Source of the DNA: a virus
Length of the DNA: 64,000 nucleotides
Reading direction: 5' to 3' (one strand)
Virus record (IMG/VR): IMGVR_UViG_3300044826_000112
The translations under genes were made by a program, and so were the position numbers. Below the pieces are notes generated by a model. That model was not told where the DNA came from. It was given only the letters and a program-made list of their open reading frames with translations, and did not search any database. Positions 7,706-16,263 of the stretch are shown piece by piece (position 1 is the first letter of the stretch; each line of letters opens with the position of its first letter).

Positions 7706-9139
7706 ATGAAAACCAAACTGATACTCGCAACCATCCTGTCCATGGGCCTGACCGCATGTGGCGGTGGCGGCGGAAGCGACAACTCTACCCCAACCCCCAA
7801 GTCTGCCATCCAGGGCAAAGCCATTGATGGTTACATCAAAGGTGCCACTGTGTACCTGGACCTGAACTTCAACAAACAGCTCGACGCCGGCGAACCTAGC
7901 GTGATCACCACTGATCTTGGCGACTACCGCATGGAGCTCACCCAGGCACAAGAGCAGTGTGCCGAGTACGTACCTCTCGTGGTAGATGTACCGGTCGGTG
8001 CAGTAGACCTCGACACTGGTGTGGTCGAGCAAGCCTACCAGATGGTTCTGCCGCCGAAGTTCACTCCGATCTCCGACGATGACCTCCTGCACGTCACCCC
8101 TCTGACCACTGTACTGTGGAGCTATGTGGAAAAGCAGCTGTCCAACGACGGCTCCCTGACCTGCCAATCTGTAATGGCCAACCAGCAGACCCGGGAGAAG
8201 ATCGCATTCGAACTGCGTGAGTCTACCAACCGTGTGGTCAAGCACTACAACATCTCTGAGCAGAAGCTGTATGACGACTACATCGCCTCTGGTGACGCTG
8301 AAACCGCCACTCTGGCCATGGAGATCGTTCGTGGTCTGCAGGCTTCCTTCAAGGAAACCGATGAGCTGAAAAAGGCTAACCCGACTGCGTTCTATGCGTA
8401 CGTCGAGTACCATATCGGTGACATCCGGGATAACGATGGTGCCTACACAGATGCCTGGTACAAGGAGCAGGGTGTCTACTGGGATGACCGTGCTATCACC
8501 AAGCTGGACAAGGTCTCTGCAGACTTCACCCAGGTAGTGCGTCCGCTGATCTATAGCGAGCGTCTCTTCCGCAAGACCGGTGACTACAAGTACGTCAACG
8601 AGTACGTCCTTGAGTCCCGCAATGGGGATGACACTCCGTACAGCTGTGGCGTTCGTGAGTCTATCGAGCACGTCGTTGCCAACAAGGCTTACGAGATCTC
8701 CAACCTGGTGGCCTTCCAGGCCGACACCTTCGAGGAGTGTGTAATCGATAACTTGGGTGAAGCAGTAACCCAACGTATGGCATCCGTGACCGACACTGTA
8801 GATGGCGTCAAGAGCATTGCTGAGTTTCAATACGATCGTCAGGCCGGGTCCTTCCCGTTTCTGAATGATTGGATTGATATGGGTAACAGCCTGGCTTCCT
8901 TCAACATGTCTGATCTGGCCACTGCCCTGGAACAGCTGCCGTATGGCTTCGAGGATAACACCGTTGAGCCTAACGCTTCCCACTGGTCCAAGACTCAGGA
9001 GTCTACCGACGCAGCAGGCGTAACCACCCGTATTCAGTTCACTGATCTGAATGCATACACCAAAACCGTAACTCAAGCTGATGGTACCTACGTTGTCCAG
9101 TGTGGCACCGACGGCATCACTTGGGGTACTTGCAACTAA
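7706..9139 (+). CDS. lipoprotein, bacterial cell-surface type
   Basis: Signal peptide with lipobox LTAC-GGGGG, G.AIDGYIKGATVYLDLN.N..LDAGEP motif. Confidence 0.85.
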   Translation: MKTKLILATILSMGLTACGGGGGSDNSTPTPKSAIQGKAIDGYIKGATVYLDLNFNKQLDAGEPSVITTDLGDYRMELTQAQEQCAEYVPLVVDVPVGAVDLDTGVVEQAYQMVLPPKFTPISDDDLLHVTPLTTVLWSYVEKQLSNDGSLTCQSVMANQQTREKIAFELRESTNRVVKHYNISEQKLYDDYIASGDAETATLAMEIVRGLQASFKETDELKKANPTAFYAYVEYHIGDIRDNDGAYTDAWYKEQGVYWDDRAITKLDKVSADFTQVVRPLIYSERLFRKTGDYKYVNEYVLESRNGDDTPYSCGVRESIEHVVANKAYEISNLVAFQADTFEECVIDNLGEAVTQRMASVTDTVDGVKSIAEFQYDRQAGSFPFLNDWIDMGNSLASFNMSDLATALEQLPYGFEDNTVEPNASHWSKTQESTDAAGVTTRIQFTDLNAYTKTVTQADGTYVVQCGTDGITWGTCN

Positions 9140-9229
9140 TAGCAGGGGCCTTCGGGCCCCGTTCCACCTACTACAAGGCTCATTTCTGGTATAAGTAATA
9201 TGGGAACATGAGCTAAGGAGGATTACGTA

Positions 9230-9619
9230 ATGGCTACAGTAAACCCAGAGGTGGTTACGGGTGCCCTCCTCAAAGAACTAATAAAGAAGAGTAACGTCAG
9301 CATTACCCGGATGGCTGGCAAGTTAGACAAAACCCGTAGCAGCCTTCTGGCTGCCCTTAAGTGCAGTAACTCAAAACCCTCTGATGACGAGGTTACTGCC
9401 ATACTCAACATAATCGGAGTAACCAGAGAGGAGTTCGAGTTTCAGAAGAAGCTCATCCTCGATGGCCTTGAGAACCAGTTCGGTATCAAGGCTCAATTCA
9501 GCGGATCACTGGCAGACGGTGATCAGCGTCGTAAAGTGCGTGGCCTAGTGCAACACCTGTATGTAAACCGGAGCATAGGATATAGACCACAAGCTCTGAA
9601 TTACAGGCCTGTGTGCTAG
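9230..9619 (+). CDS. putative HTH (Xre-like) DNA-binding protein
   Basis: LKELIKKSNVSITRMAGKLDKTRSSL..PS.DEV.AI..IIGV pattern. Confidence 0.55.
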   Translation: MATVNPEVVTGALLKELIKKSNVSITRMAGKLDKTRSSLLAALKCSNSKPSDDEVTAILNIIGVTREEFEFQKKLILDGLENQFGIKAQFSGSLADGDQRRKVRGLVQHLYVNRSIGYRPQALNYRPVC

Positions 9620-9712
9620 AGAAAATAGAGGGGCAAACATTGCCTCTCTTTTTTAGTTGACAGCAAGCCAATCTTTGAGCATAGTGTCTCCTGAAACCTT
9701 TAGGAGATCATT

Positions 9713-10588
9713 ATGATCGCGAAAATCACCTCTACCCCGGATTACCGTCCTGACCTGCGTGGCTGTATGGATCTGCGGGATTTCTTCGAGCAAAACACCA
9801 TGACTGGTCGTTTCCGTGACTGGATCCGCCGTCGTGTAGTTCCGGCTTTCGAGCATACCGCTGGTGTTCTCTACCAGTACAACAAGTATGATGGCTGCCC
9901 GGAAGAACTGGCTGGCTCCGTACGTGAACTGAACTACTACGTTCGCCCAGAGGGCATCCCGACCGTAGTCACCCTGGCTGGTCTGGATATGCCTGCTGCT
10001 GCAGCACCTGTTGAAGCTCCCGGCCAACCTGAGGCCGCTGGTGGCGTCAGTGGTGAGAGCATGCTGTCTCTTATCCTGGCTGCTAACAAAGAGCTGGCTG
10101 AGCGGATGGCGTCTCTGGAATCCCTTCTGGTTACGAAGGGAGACCGCAACATCTCTGAGAATGCCCCCGGTCTGCCGGCTCGCAAAGCTGAAGTAGTCGA
10201 CACTGGTAACTCATTCGAGTTCCTGCTGAAGACTCACGGTTTCTCGAACAACCACATGTACGAGTACCGTCGTAATGGCGTGAAGCGTAGCAAGCTGTAC
10301 AACATCTGGCGTGCTACCGTGGACAAGACCTTCCCGAAGAAGCCTGCGTGGCTCGACGTCACCAAGCCGTTCGAAGTGCATCTGCAGTTCGGCTACCTGG
10401 AAGGGTTCGACGTTCACAACTTCGTGAAGAGCTCGATCGATGCGTTGGCCACCGTCTGGGGCTTCAACGACAAGATCGTTCAGAAGGTCTCAGTGGAGGG
10501 TGCTTACGTAGCACCGACAGCGGCACTAGATGCTAGCTTCCATCTGAAATCGAAGAACGCCTTCATCAGATACGTAATCAAGCAGTAA
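9713..10588 (+). CDS. AntA/AntB-like N-terminal domain fused to RusA-like nuclease domain
   Basis: LRDFFE....RFRDWIRRRV at N-term; FDVHNFVKSSIDALA..WGFNDK.V at C-term. Confidence 0.6.
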   Translation: MIAKITSTPDYRPDLRGCMDLRDFFEQNTMTGRFRDWIRRRVVPAFEHTAGVLYQYNKYDGCPEELAGSVRELNYYVRPEGIPTVVTLAGLDMPAAAAPVEAPGQPEAAGGVSGESMLSLILAANKELAERMASLESLLVTKGDRNISENAPGLPARKAEVVDTGNSFEFLLKTHGFSNNHMYEYRRNGVKRSKLYNIWRATVDKTFPKKPAWLDVTKPFEVHLQFGYLEGFDVHNFVKSSIDALATVWGFNDKIVQKVSVEGAYVAPTAALDASFHLKSKNAFIRYVIKQ

Positions 10589-10674
10589 GCCAAAAGGCCC
10601 TCCTCGGAGGGCCTTCTTCATGGTATAAGTACTTCGTGGTGAGTGGGTGACGTGGAGGTTGGAGGAAAAACTTA

Positions 10675-11052
10675 ATGAGCGTCTTTGAATACCTGCAGAA
10701 ATACTATGAGTACCGCTGGAGCTCTCCCGAGTTCAAGTATGAAATCACTTTGATCCTGGGGTTGGTCTTCTTGAATAGTGCTATCTTGGCATTGATCATG
10801 AAGGTCAGACGGAATCTATCTGACGCCCCTATAGTCTTCGTTCCTATCATGCTGATCTTCATCTTCCTGTCTATGCCTATGGGCTTCGATATGTTCGTCG
10901 GCGTGCTGGCTATCTGTGCATCGTTCGTCTCGATCACCGTATATGAGGCTCAGATGGCGGCAATTAGACGTATCGAAGAGGAGATGTTTATCCATGATCT
11001 AAAGGAAATCAGCTTAATGATGTGGAAAAAGCCTCTCTGGAGGTGTGATTAA
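10675..11052 (+). CDS. membrane protein (about 3 TM segments)
   Basis: Hydrophobic stretches, GGAGG SD. Confidence 0.7.
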   Translation: MSVFEYLQKYYEYRWSSPEFKYEITLILGLVFLNSAILALIMKVRRNLSDAPIVFVPIMLIFIFLSMPMGFDMFVGVLAICASFVSITVYEAQMAAIRRIEEEMFIHDLKEISLMMWKKPLWRCD

Positions 11053-11064
11053 AGAAAAGGGGTG

Positions 11065-11092
11065 TTGACACCCTTTTTTAGTATGCTATAGT
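11065..11092 (+). promoter_or_regulatory. sigma70-type promoter for tRNA/ncRNA cluster 1, with -35 inside upstream terminator hairpin
   Basis: TTGACA-16-TATAGT with extended -10 TG. Confidence 0.75.
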
Positions 11093-11277
11093 GGCATCCT
11101 AGTTTCTCAAGTGGGTGGGCATATGATCCTCATCATGGATGTACAATACGGTGAAACGAATTGTGCGGCCGGATTACTGCAATAGGGATTGACAACCCTA
11201 CTGAGATTGTGAGAAGCTTGCCTGGTAAACATCGGAAACCCGATTGGGTTGTCGCTGTTGATCAGTTAGCACGAAAC

Positions 11278-11354
11278 GGAGCTGTAGTTTAGATGGTGAA
11301 AATGCCTGCCTGTCACGCAGGAGACCGCGGGTTCGAGCCCCGTCAGTTCCGCCA
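11278..11354 (+). tRNA. tRNA-Asp(GTC)
   Basis: Cloverleaf, loop CTGTCAC, CCA. Confidence 0.95.
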
Positions 11355-11784
11355 AAATCTTAAGATCAGTACCCAATCTCCCGCCAGCTAACGGGAGATT
11401 AGGATGACCGAGAAACCCTTCGTTGCGGGGTAAGGTTTTACAGTGGCACAGCCAAGCCTTCCTGTCTCTAATCCTGAGATGGTAAGAATCCCTGAGGTAG
11501 GGGACTGTAAGATCCTAGGACACTCATCATATTGGATGATACTGAGCACAAACTCGTTGAGGGTATGCAAATTCCCTCTCTGGCCTTCGGGTCAGGTGGC
11601 CGAATAAAAGCCTAGCATGGGCGTTAAGGCAATCTACTGGGGATGACCTCCCCTTGTCAGGCACCGTGAGGTGTGAGATCCGCCAGAGGGAATCTGGAGT
11701 AGAGATACGAGGTAGCAATACATGCACCTAGGTCGTCGGTAGCACAGGAATCCGACTCCTTTGGGTGCTGATCTTAAGGTTTTG
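11353..11784 (+). ncRNA. large structured ncRNA (~430 nt), unknown class
   Basis: 24-bp terminal stem with two G-U pairs, many internal hairpins, between two tRNAs, no + strand ORF. Confidence 0.8.
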
Positions 11785-11794
11785 AAAGTTTCAT

Positions 11795-11871
11795 CTGTCC
11801 GTAGCGCAGTCTGGTAGCGTGCTCGATTTGGATTCGAGGGGTCGAAGGTTCAAATCCTTCCGGGCAGACCA
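11795..11871 (+). tRNA. tRNA-Pro(TGG)
   Basis: Cloverleaf, loop TTTGGAT, CCA. Confidence 0.95.
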
Positions 11872-11878
11872 ATTTAAT

Positions 11879-12070
11879 GTCCCATATGCACGGCTAGTCT
11901 CAAATGCTCTTCCATCCACGTGGGTTGAGTCAGTAATGGTAAAAGGCGAGATAGGCTTGGAGTGCAGGTGAAAGGCAGAAGGGCCTACTAGTAAGCTAGA
12001 CTACGTGGATTAGCTGAAGACAGGAAGATACGTTGAGTAGTCAAAGGTTCGACTCCTAAGTGGGACGCCA
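11879..12070 (+). ncRNA. 192-nt tRNA-like RNA (acceptor stem + T loop + long rod)
   Basis: GTCCCAT/GTGGGAC-G-CCA, AGG-TTCGACT-CCT, nested long helices. Confidence 0.75.
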
Positions 12071-12077
12071 ATTTGAT

Positions 12078-12153
12078 CGATGTGTAGCTTAACAGGTAGA
12101 GCATCTCCTTCATACGGAGCAGGTTGTAGGTTCAAGTCCTACCTCATCGACCA
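12078..12153 (+). tRNA. tRNA-Met or Ile2 (CAT)
   Basis: Cloverleaf, loop TTCATAC, CCA. Confidence 0.85.
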
Positions 12154-12160
12154 GAACAGT

Positions 12161-12237
12161 TGGGATATCGCCTAGTTGGCCTAAGGCATCGGACTTTGAC
12201 TCCGATATCGTTGGTTCGAATCCAACTATCCCTGCCA
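12161..12237 (+). tRNA. tRNA-Gln(TTG)
   Basis: Cloverleaf, loop CTTTGAC, CCA. Confidence 0.95.
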
Positions 12238-12244
12238 GATTACT

Positions 12245-12320
12245 GGGGAAATAGCACAATTGGCAGTGCACCTGCTTTGCAAGCAGACGGTTGTGGGTTC
12301 GAATCCCATTTTCTCCACCA
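12245..12320 (+). tRNA. tRNA-Ala(TGC)
   Basis: Cloverleaf, G3-U70, CCA. Confidence 0.95.
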
Positions 12321-12326
12321 AACAAT

Positions 12327-12409
12327 GCGGATGTGATGGAATGGCAGACATGCTACGCTTAGAACGTAGTGCCTAGTGCGTGTGAGTTCGAGTCTCACCA
12401 TCCGTACCA
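12327..12409 (+). tRNA. tRNA-Leu(TAG)
   Basis: Cloverleaf with variable arm, loop CTTAGAA, CCA. Confidence 0.95.
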
Positions 12410-12412
12410 CAT

Positions 12413-12477
12413 TTGGTCCCGGGAGGGATAGCCCCGATAGGCGAAGACGAGAGGACGGATCCTCTTGCACCAAACCA
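12413..12477 (+). ncRNA. candidate small ACCA-ended two-hairpin RNA
   Basis: TTGGT/ACCAA terminal stem + ACCA, two internal hairpins with GGA loops. Confidence 0.45.
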
Positions 12478-12542
12478 ATCCTTAAGGCCTCCTTTGGTAT
12501 AAGTCTTGTAGAGAAGACTTATGGCTTAGGAGGCCTTGTCGT

Positions 12543-12959
12543 ATGTGCTATTCCAAAGAACTCATTGAGTACTGGAGTCAACATCTCGAGGCCTACTTCT
12601 TCAACGAAGAGGACTTGGTAGTCTATCAGGTAATCGAAGGGTTGGAGTCAGCCTTCCTATCAGAGGTCACGGTACTCGGCTACTTGTTGCCAAGGTTGAT
12701 GATGTTGAATGCCGACCAGAGCGACTATCAATCCATAGTCGTGGTCACCAGCGTAGCTTCGAGCCTAGCTATGTCGATCTTGATAGGCATGAATCCAGTA
12801 CAAGCACTATCCGATACTCTGACTGGAATGTCTCTGGCTATGCCGAGGGATTACTTAGATCAGGTAGTTGCAGATAACCAAGATATGATCAACCAATTGA
12901 CTCGCCGGTTGATTTCTATCCGTCAAAACAATCCCCTTATTCTTGGAGGTGACCAGTGA
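12543..12959 (+). CDS. hypothetical protein
   Basis: ORF after GGTATAAG, AGGAGG SD. Confidence 0.7.
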   Translation: MCYSKELIEYWSQHLEAYFFNEEDLVVYQVIEGLESAFLSEVTVLGYLLPRLMMLNADQSDYQSIVVVTSVASSLAMSILIGMNPVQALSDTLTGMSLAMPRDYLDQVVADNQDMINQLTRRLISIRQNNPLILGGDQ

Positions 12960-13558
12960 TCCACCAAACTTACTCCCGTATTGCCGCCATCCTGGACAGC
13001 GACATGGAACAAGCCGATAAGCTCGGCAAGCTCTGCTCGATGTTCATGGTTCACGACCTCTCGGAGATCTCTCTCCCAGAGCCTACCTCTCAGCTCGAAG
13101 AGGACACTCAGCGTAAATTCAACATGTTCCTTGCAGATGTGGCTGTGGATACAGTCCGTACGGTGATCACCCCGCAAGTTGTAGAGGAACGGTTGGATTA
13201 CGCCTATACTGTAATCAGCTCGTATGTCCACGATCCACGTCTGTTCACTCCGCTTGTAATCCTCTGGGCGGCAGGACGGATGTCCCGCATGGGAATGGAG
13301 CCTGGACTATGCTTTACCCGCATCCTGGACGCTGTGTACAACAGCGAACGTAAGGACTGCCGGTATGATTTGAGATATACTTTCCGGGACAAAGATGTCC
13401 TTCGGGCTCTCGAGTCTGTGAAGACCGCAACGCTTGTCGACCCAGTCGTCAAGTTGGACTTCCTGCTGGGCCTGAAGCAGATTCTGACGTACCTGAAAGA
13501 TCGAGACCGGGACTTCCGTAAAGGACTGACCCTTAACCTAGTGGAGAAAATGCTATGA
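12956..13558 (+). CDS. hypothetical protein
   Basis: GTGA coupling, GGAGG SD. Confidence 0.7.
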   Translation: MIHQTYSRIAAILDSDMEQADKLGKLCSMFMVHDLSEISLPEPTSQLEEDTQRKFNMFLADVAVDTVRTVITPQVVEERLDYAYTVISSYVHDPRLFTPLVILWAAGRMSRMGMEPGLCFTRILDAVYNSERKDCRYDLRYTFRDKDVLRALESVKTATLVDPVVKLDFLLGLKQILTYLKDRDRDFRKGLTLNLVEKML

Positions 13559-14133
13559 CCTTAGATGATGCCGTAGAACTGATCAGTGAGAATCACCCCA
13601 CTGTTCTGATGAACCGGCTTCACGAGGCGGAACTTGCGGACGGCTTTCGGGCCGCCCGCGATTCCATCGACGTGAACGCTTTCCTTTACCAGCTGATCCT
13701 GCGTGCTACCGGCAATAAGGTAGACGACGAGGTCCTGCTGGCCAAGCAAGAGACCTTCATGAACTTTTACGTATTCACTAACCCTGTGGATACTGAAGGT
13801 ATGCCGACTGTGTACGACCTGAGCCAAGAGGCTGAACTGGTAGAGGGCGAGAAGTACAACTTCCTATGGCCTCAGTCAGTTAAGCTGATGCTGGCCCTGT
13901 CTACTCTGACCAAGCTGGAGTCTGTTGCAGAACATCTCCTGGCCTGGTCCGTAGAAGTAGGTGCAAGCTTCAGCCAGATGGTTACCATCCTGACTGACGA
14001 AAAGGTCCGGGAAGTGGTTGCCAAAGTGCTTCCGGAAGACAAGCATGACTGGATCCTCAAAGCTGTAGTAGAGGAAACCGCCGGCAGCAAGAAGAAAATC
14101 ACTGCTGCGAAAAAAGCTATTGGTGTAGCTTGA
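13555..14133 (+). CDS. hypothetical protein
   Basis: ATGA coupling. Confidence 0.7.
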   Translation: MTLDDAVELISENHPTVLMNRLHEAELADGFRAARDSIDVNAFLYQLILRATGNKVDDEVLLAKQETFMNFYVFTNPVDTEGMPTVYDLSQEAELVEGEKYNFLWPQSVKLMLALSTLTKLESVAEHLLAWSVEVGASFSQMVTILTDEKVREVVAKVLPEDKHDWILKAVVEETAGSKKKITAAKKAIGVA

Positions 14134-14171
14134 CAGAAGGGACTGCAGGAGCTATCCTGCAGTCTCATAGT

Positions 14172-14246
<75 letters not shown>

Positions 14247-14252
14247 AATTGA

Positions 14253-14327
14253 CGCGGGTGGGAGGTAAGGTATCTTACTGTCCTCATAAGGCAGAACAAG
14301 CAGGTTCGATTCCTGCACCCGCTACCA
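14253..14327 (+). tRNA. tRNA-Met(CAT), initiator-like (C1xU72 mismatch)
   Basis: CGCGGGT/ACCCGCT, loop CTCATAA, CCA. Confidence 0.9.
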
Positions 14328-14332
14328 GTTCT

Positions 14333-14416
14333 GGATGCATAGGCAAACGGTTAAGCCAGCGGTCTGTAAAACCGTAGCCCTCGGGCTTCTTGGTTCAAAT
14401 CCAAGTGTATCCACCA
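14333..14416 (+). tRNA. tRNA-Tyr(GTA)
   Basis: Cloverleaf with variable arm, loop CTGTAAA, CCA. Confidence 0.95.
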
Positions 14417-14420
14417 AATT

Positions 14421-14498
14421 GGGTTCTTAGCTTAAGATGGTCTGAAGCGGTGGACTGAAAATCCACAGAACTCGGTTCGAGTCCGAGAGAACCCACCA
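14421..14498 (+). tRNA. tRNA-Phe(GAA)
   Basis: Cloverleaf, loop CTGAAAA, CCA. Confidence 0.95.
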
Positions 14499-14499
14499 T

Positions 14500-14577
14500 G
14501 TGTACGTAGCTCAGATGGTCCAGAGCTCCCGGATGTGACCCGGAAGGTCGTGAGTTCAAATCTCACCGTACACCCCA
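14500..14577 (+). tRNA. tRNA-His(GTG)
   Basis: Cloverleaf, loop ATGTGAC, C73, CCA. Confidence 0.92.
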
Positions 14578-14583
14578 AATGAC

Positions 14584-14660
14584 AGGAGATTAACTCAGCT
14601 GGTCAGAGTGCTTTCCTTACAAGAAAGAAGTCGTCGGTTCGATCCCGACATCTCCTACCA
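14584..14660 (+). tRNA. tRNA-Val(TAC)
   Basis: Cloverleaf, loop CTTACAA, CCA. Confidence 0.95.
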
Positions 14661-14737
14661 ATCCCCTCCCCACCCGCCCACAACCCGAAATTAGATCGGG
14701 ACCTGTCGGCGGGTTTTTTCATTTAGGAGTTTTGAAA

Positions 14738-15226
14738 ATGATCCAACATACCCGCGGTAATGCAATCTCTCTGTTCCTCAAGGATAACGACCCCTGTGCC
14801 TTTGCCCATGGGGCTAACTGTCTGTGCCGTATGGAGCGGCAAACTGGTATCGCATATGAAGTGAAGATGCGACTGCCAGATCTGTGGGAAGCCGATCAGG
14901 CTACTGAACCTGGTGACCGTAACAAGCTCGGCACTGCATCCTTCAAGATGTGGGAAGGTTACGATGGAGTTGTCGATCATATAGCCTACAACCTATACAC
15001 GCAGTACTCCAACTTGGACGAGTCCGACATGTTCGACTACGACGCCCTTCGCTTGTGCTTCCAGCGTCTGCAGGATCACATGCTTCGGTTTGACATCCCC
15101 AAGGTGTACATCCCGAAGATTGGAGCCGGCCTCGCTAAGGGTGATTGGTCTAAAATCCTTACGATAATCGAAGAAGAGACTCCCGACATCACTGTCGTTG
15201 TAGTCGAATATGACCCGGGGGCATGA
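14738..15226 (+). CDS. Macro domain protein (ADP-ribose/Appr-1-p processing, T4 Tk.4/Poa1-like)
   Basis: AHGANC..M..GIA and PKIGAGLAKGDW motifs. Confidence 0.9.
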   Translation: MIQHTRGNAISLFLKDNDPCAFAHGANCLCRMERQTGIAYEVKMRLPDLWEADQATEPGDRNKLGTASFKMWEGYDGVVDHIAYNLYTQYSNLDESDMFDYDALRLCFQRLQDHMLRFDIPKVYIPKIGAGLAKGDWSKILTIIEEETPDITVVVVEYDPGA

Positions 15227-15248
15227 CCCCCATTTTTTAGGTGGCTCT

Positions 15249-16097
15249 ATGAAGAAACAATCATCCGTCCTAGCAGTTGCAGCTGGGGCACACATTGCCC
15301 AGAACGTACTGGGCTCCCGACTGGTTAAGTCAGTCGGGTTCAAACAGAATACGGCGAAGAGTTTCCTGTCAGGTGCTACAGCCCGCGTAGGACGCTCTGG
15401 GACGCTCGCAGAGACCGCCAAATCGATGGGCTATGGCGTAGCAGCCCCAGAGGCTGTGATCGCTCAGAATCGTGCCTACGAGGCTGGACAGAAGGTCTAC
15501 CGGAAGCTCCGTACCAACGGGGTGGATGTGAACAAGATGTCCAAACGTGATCTGGCTCTGGCACGTATGGAGCTTCGTGGTAAGCACTCCACTGTGGACT
15601 ACCATCTGAAGAAGAAAGGTGTAAACAACCCGTTGATCAACACGCTTCGCTCCCAGGTAAGTCCAGGTATTCGCCAGAACATTACCAGAGAGAACACGCA
15701 CTCCAGCCATCTCAAGGAAGTACTGAACAAACCTATGGGTAACAAGCTGCCTCACAGTGGTAAAGCAGTAGCGACAGCCAACGTAGCTGCAGCTGCAGTT
15801 GAGCCGGTAGCAGGAGCCTTTAACGGTGCCAAGTACGCCCTTGAGTCTAAAGCTGTTGCCAAGACGCGGTTCGGTAAGTGGGCTGACAAGAAGTTCGTAT
15901 CTGATCCTCTGAAGAACGCCTACGAGCAAGGGAGGAAGGGTATCGAGCGTAATCCGATTAAGGATGCAGCCCACAAGTATCTGGTTAACGGAGCGGTAGG
16001 TGAAGGCATCCAGGGTGCCCACAAGGCCGGCTTGCAGGCTCGAAGTGATGCTCTTGCAGCTTCTGCACGCCAACTCAAGGCACCGAAGAAGGTATAA
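15249..16097 (+). CDS. basic Lys/Ala/Gly-rich protein, possibly virion-internal
   Basis: Composition resembles 18743..20811 group. Confidence 0.65.
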   Translation: MKKQSSVLAVAAGAHIAQNVLGSRLVKSVGFKQNTAKSFLSGATARVGRSGTLAETAKSMGYGVAAPEAVIAQNRAYEAGQKVYRKLRTNGVDVNKMSKRDLALARMELRGKHSTVDYHLKKKGVNNPLINTLRSQVSPGIRQNITRENTHSSHLKEVLNKPMGNKLPHSGKAVATANVAAAAVEPVAGAFNGAKYALESKAVAKTRFGKWADKKFVSDPLKNAYEQGRKGIERNPIKDAAHKYLVNGAVGEGIQGAHKAGLQARSDALAASARQLKAPKKV

Positions 16098-16122
16098 GTA
16101 CCACAGTAAGGGAGGCAACACT

Positions 16123-16263
16123 ATGAAACTTATCCTATTTCTATTCATTCTTGGGCTTCTCCTGGGTTACCGGGAGGATCGTAAAGTCAAAAAGCAGCAA
16201 AAGGAGTGGCGTAATGCAAAAAAGAAACCTGAGAGTAACGAACAAGAACGTCCACCTAAATAA
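16123..16263 (+). CDS. small membrane-anchored basic protein
   Basis: MKLILFLFILGLLLG, GGAGG SD, after GGTATAAG. Confidence 0.6.
   Translation: MKLILFLFILGLLLGYREDRKVKKQQKEWRNAKKKPESNEQERPPK

Noticed and set aside
11378-11389. CTCCCGCCAGCT resembles the tmRNA 3' end
   Set aside because: It sits inside a hairpin near the 5' end of the large RNA, with no T loop or CCA; no tmRNA acceptor found
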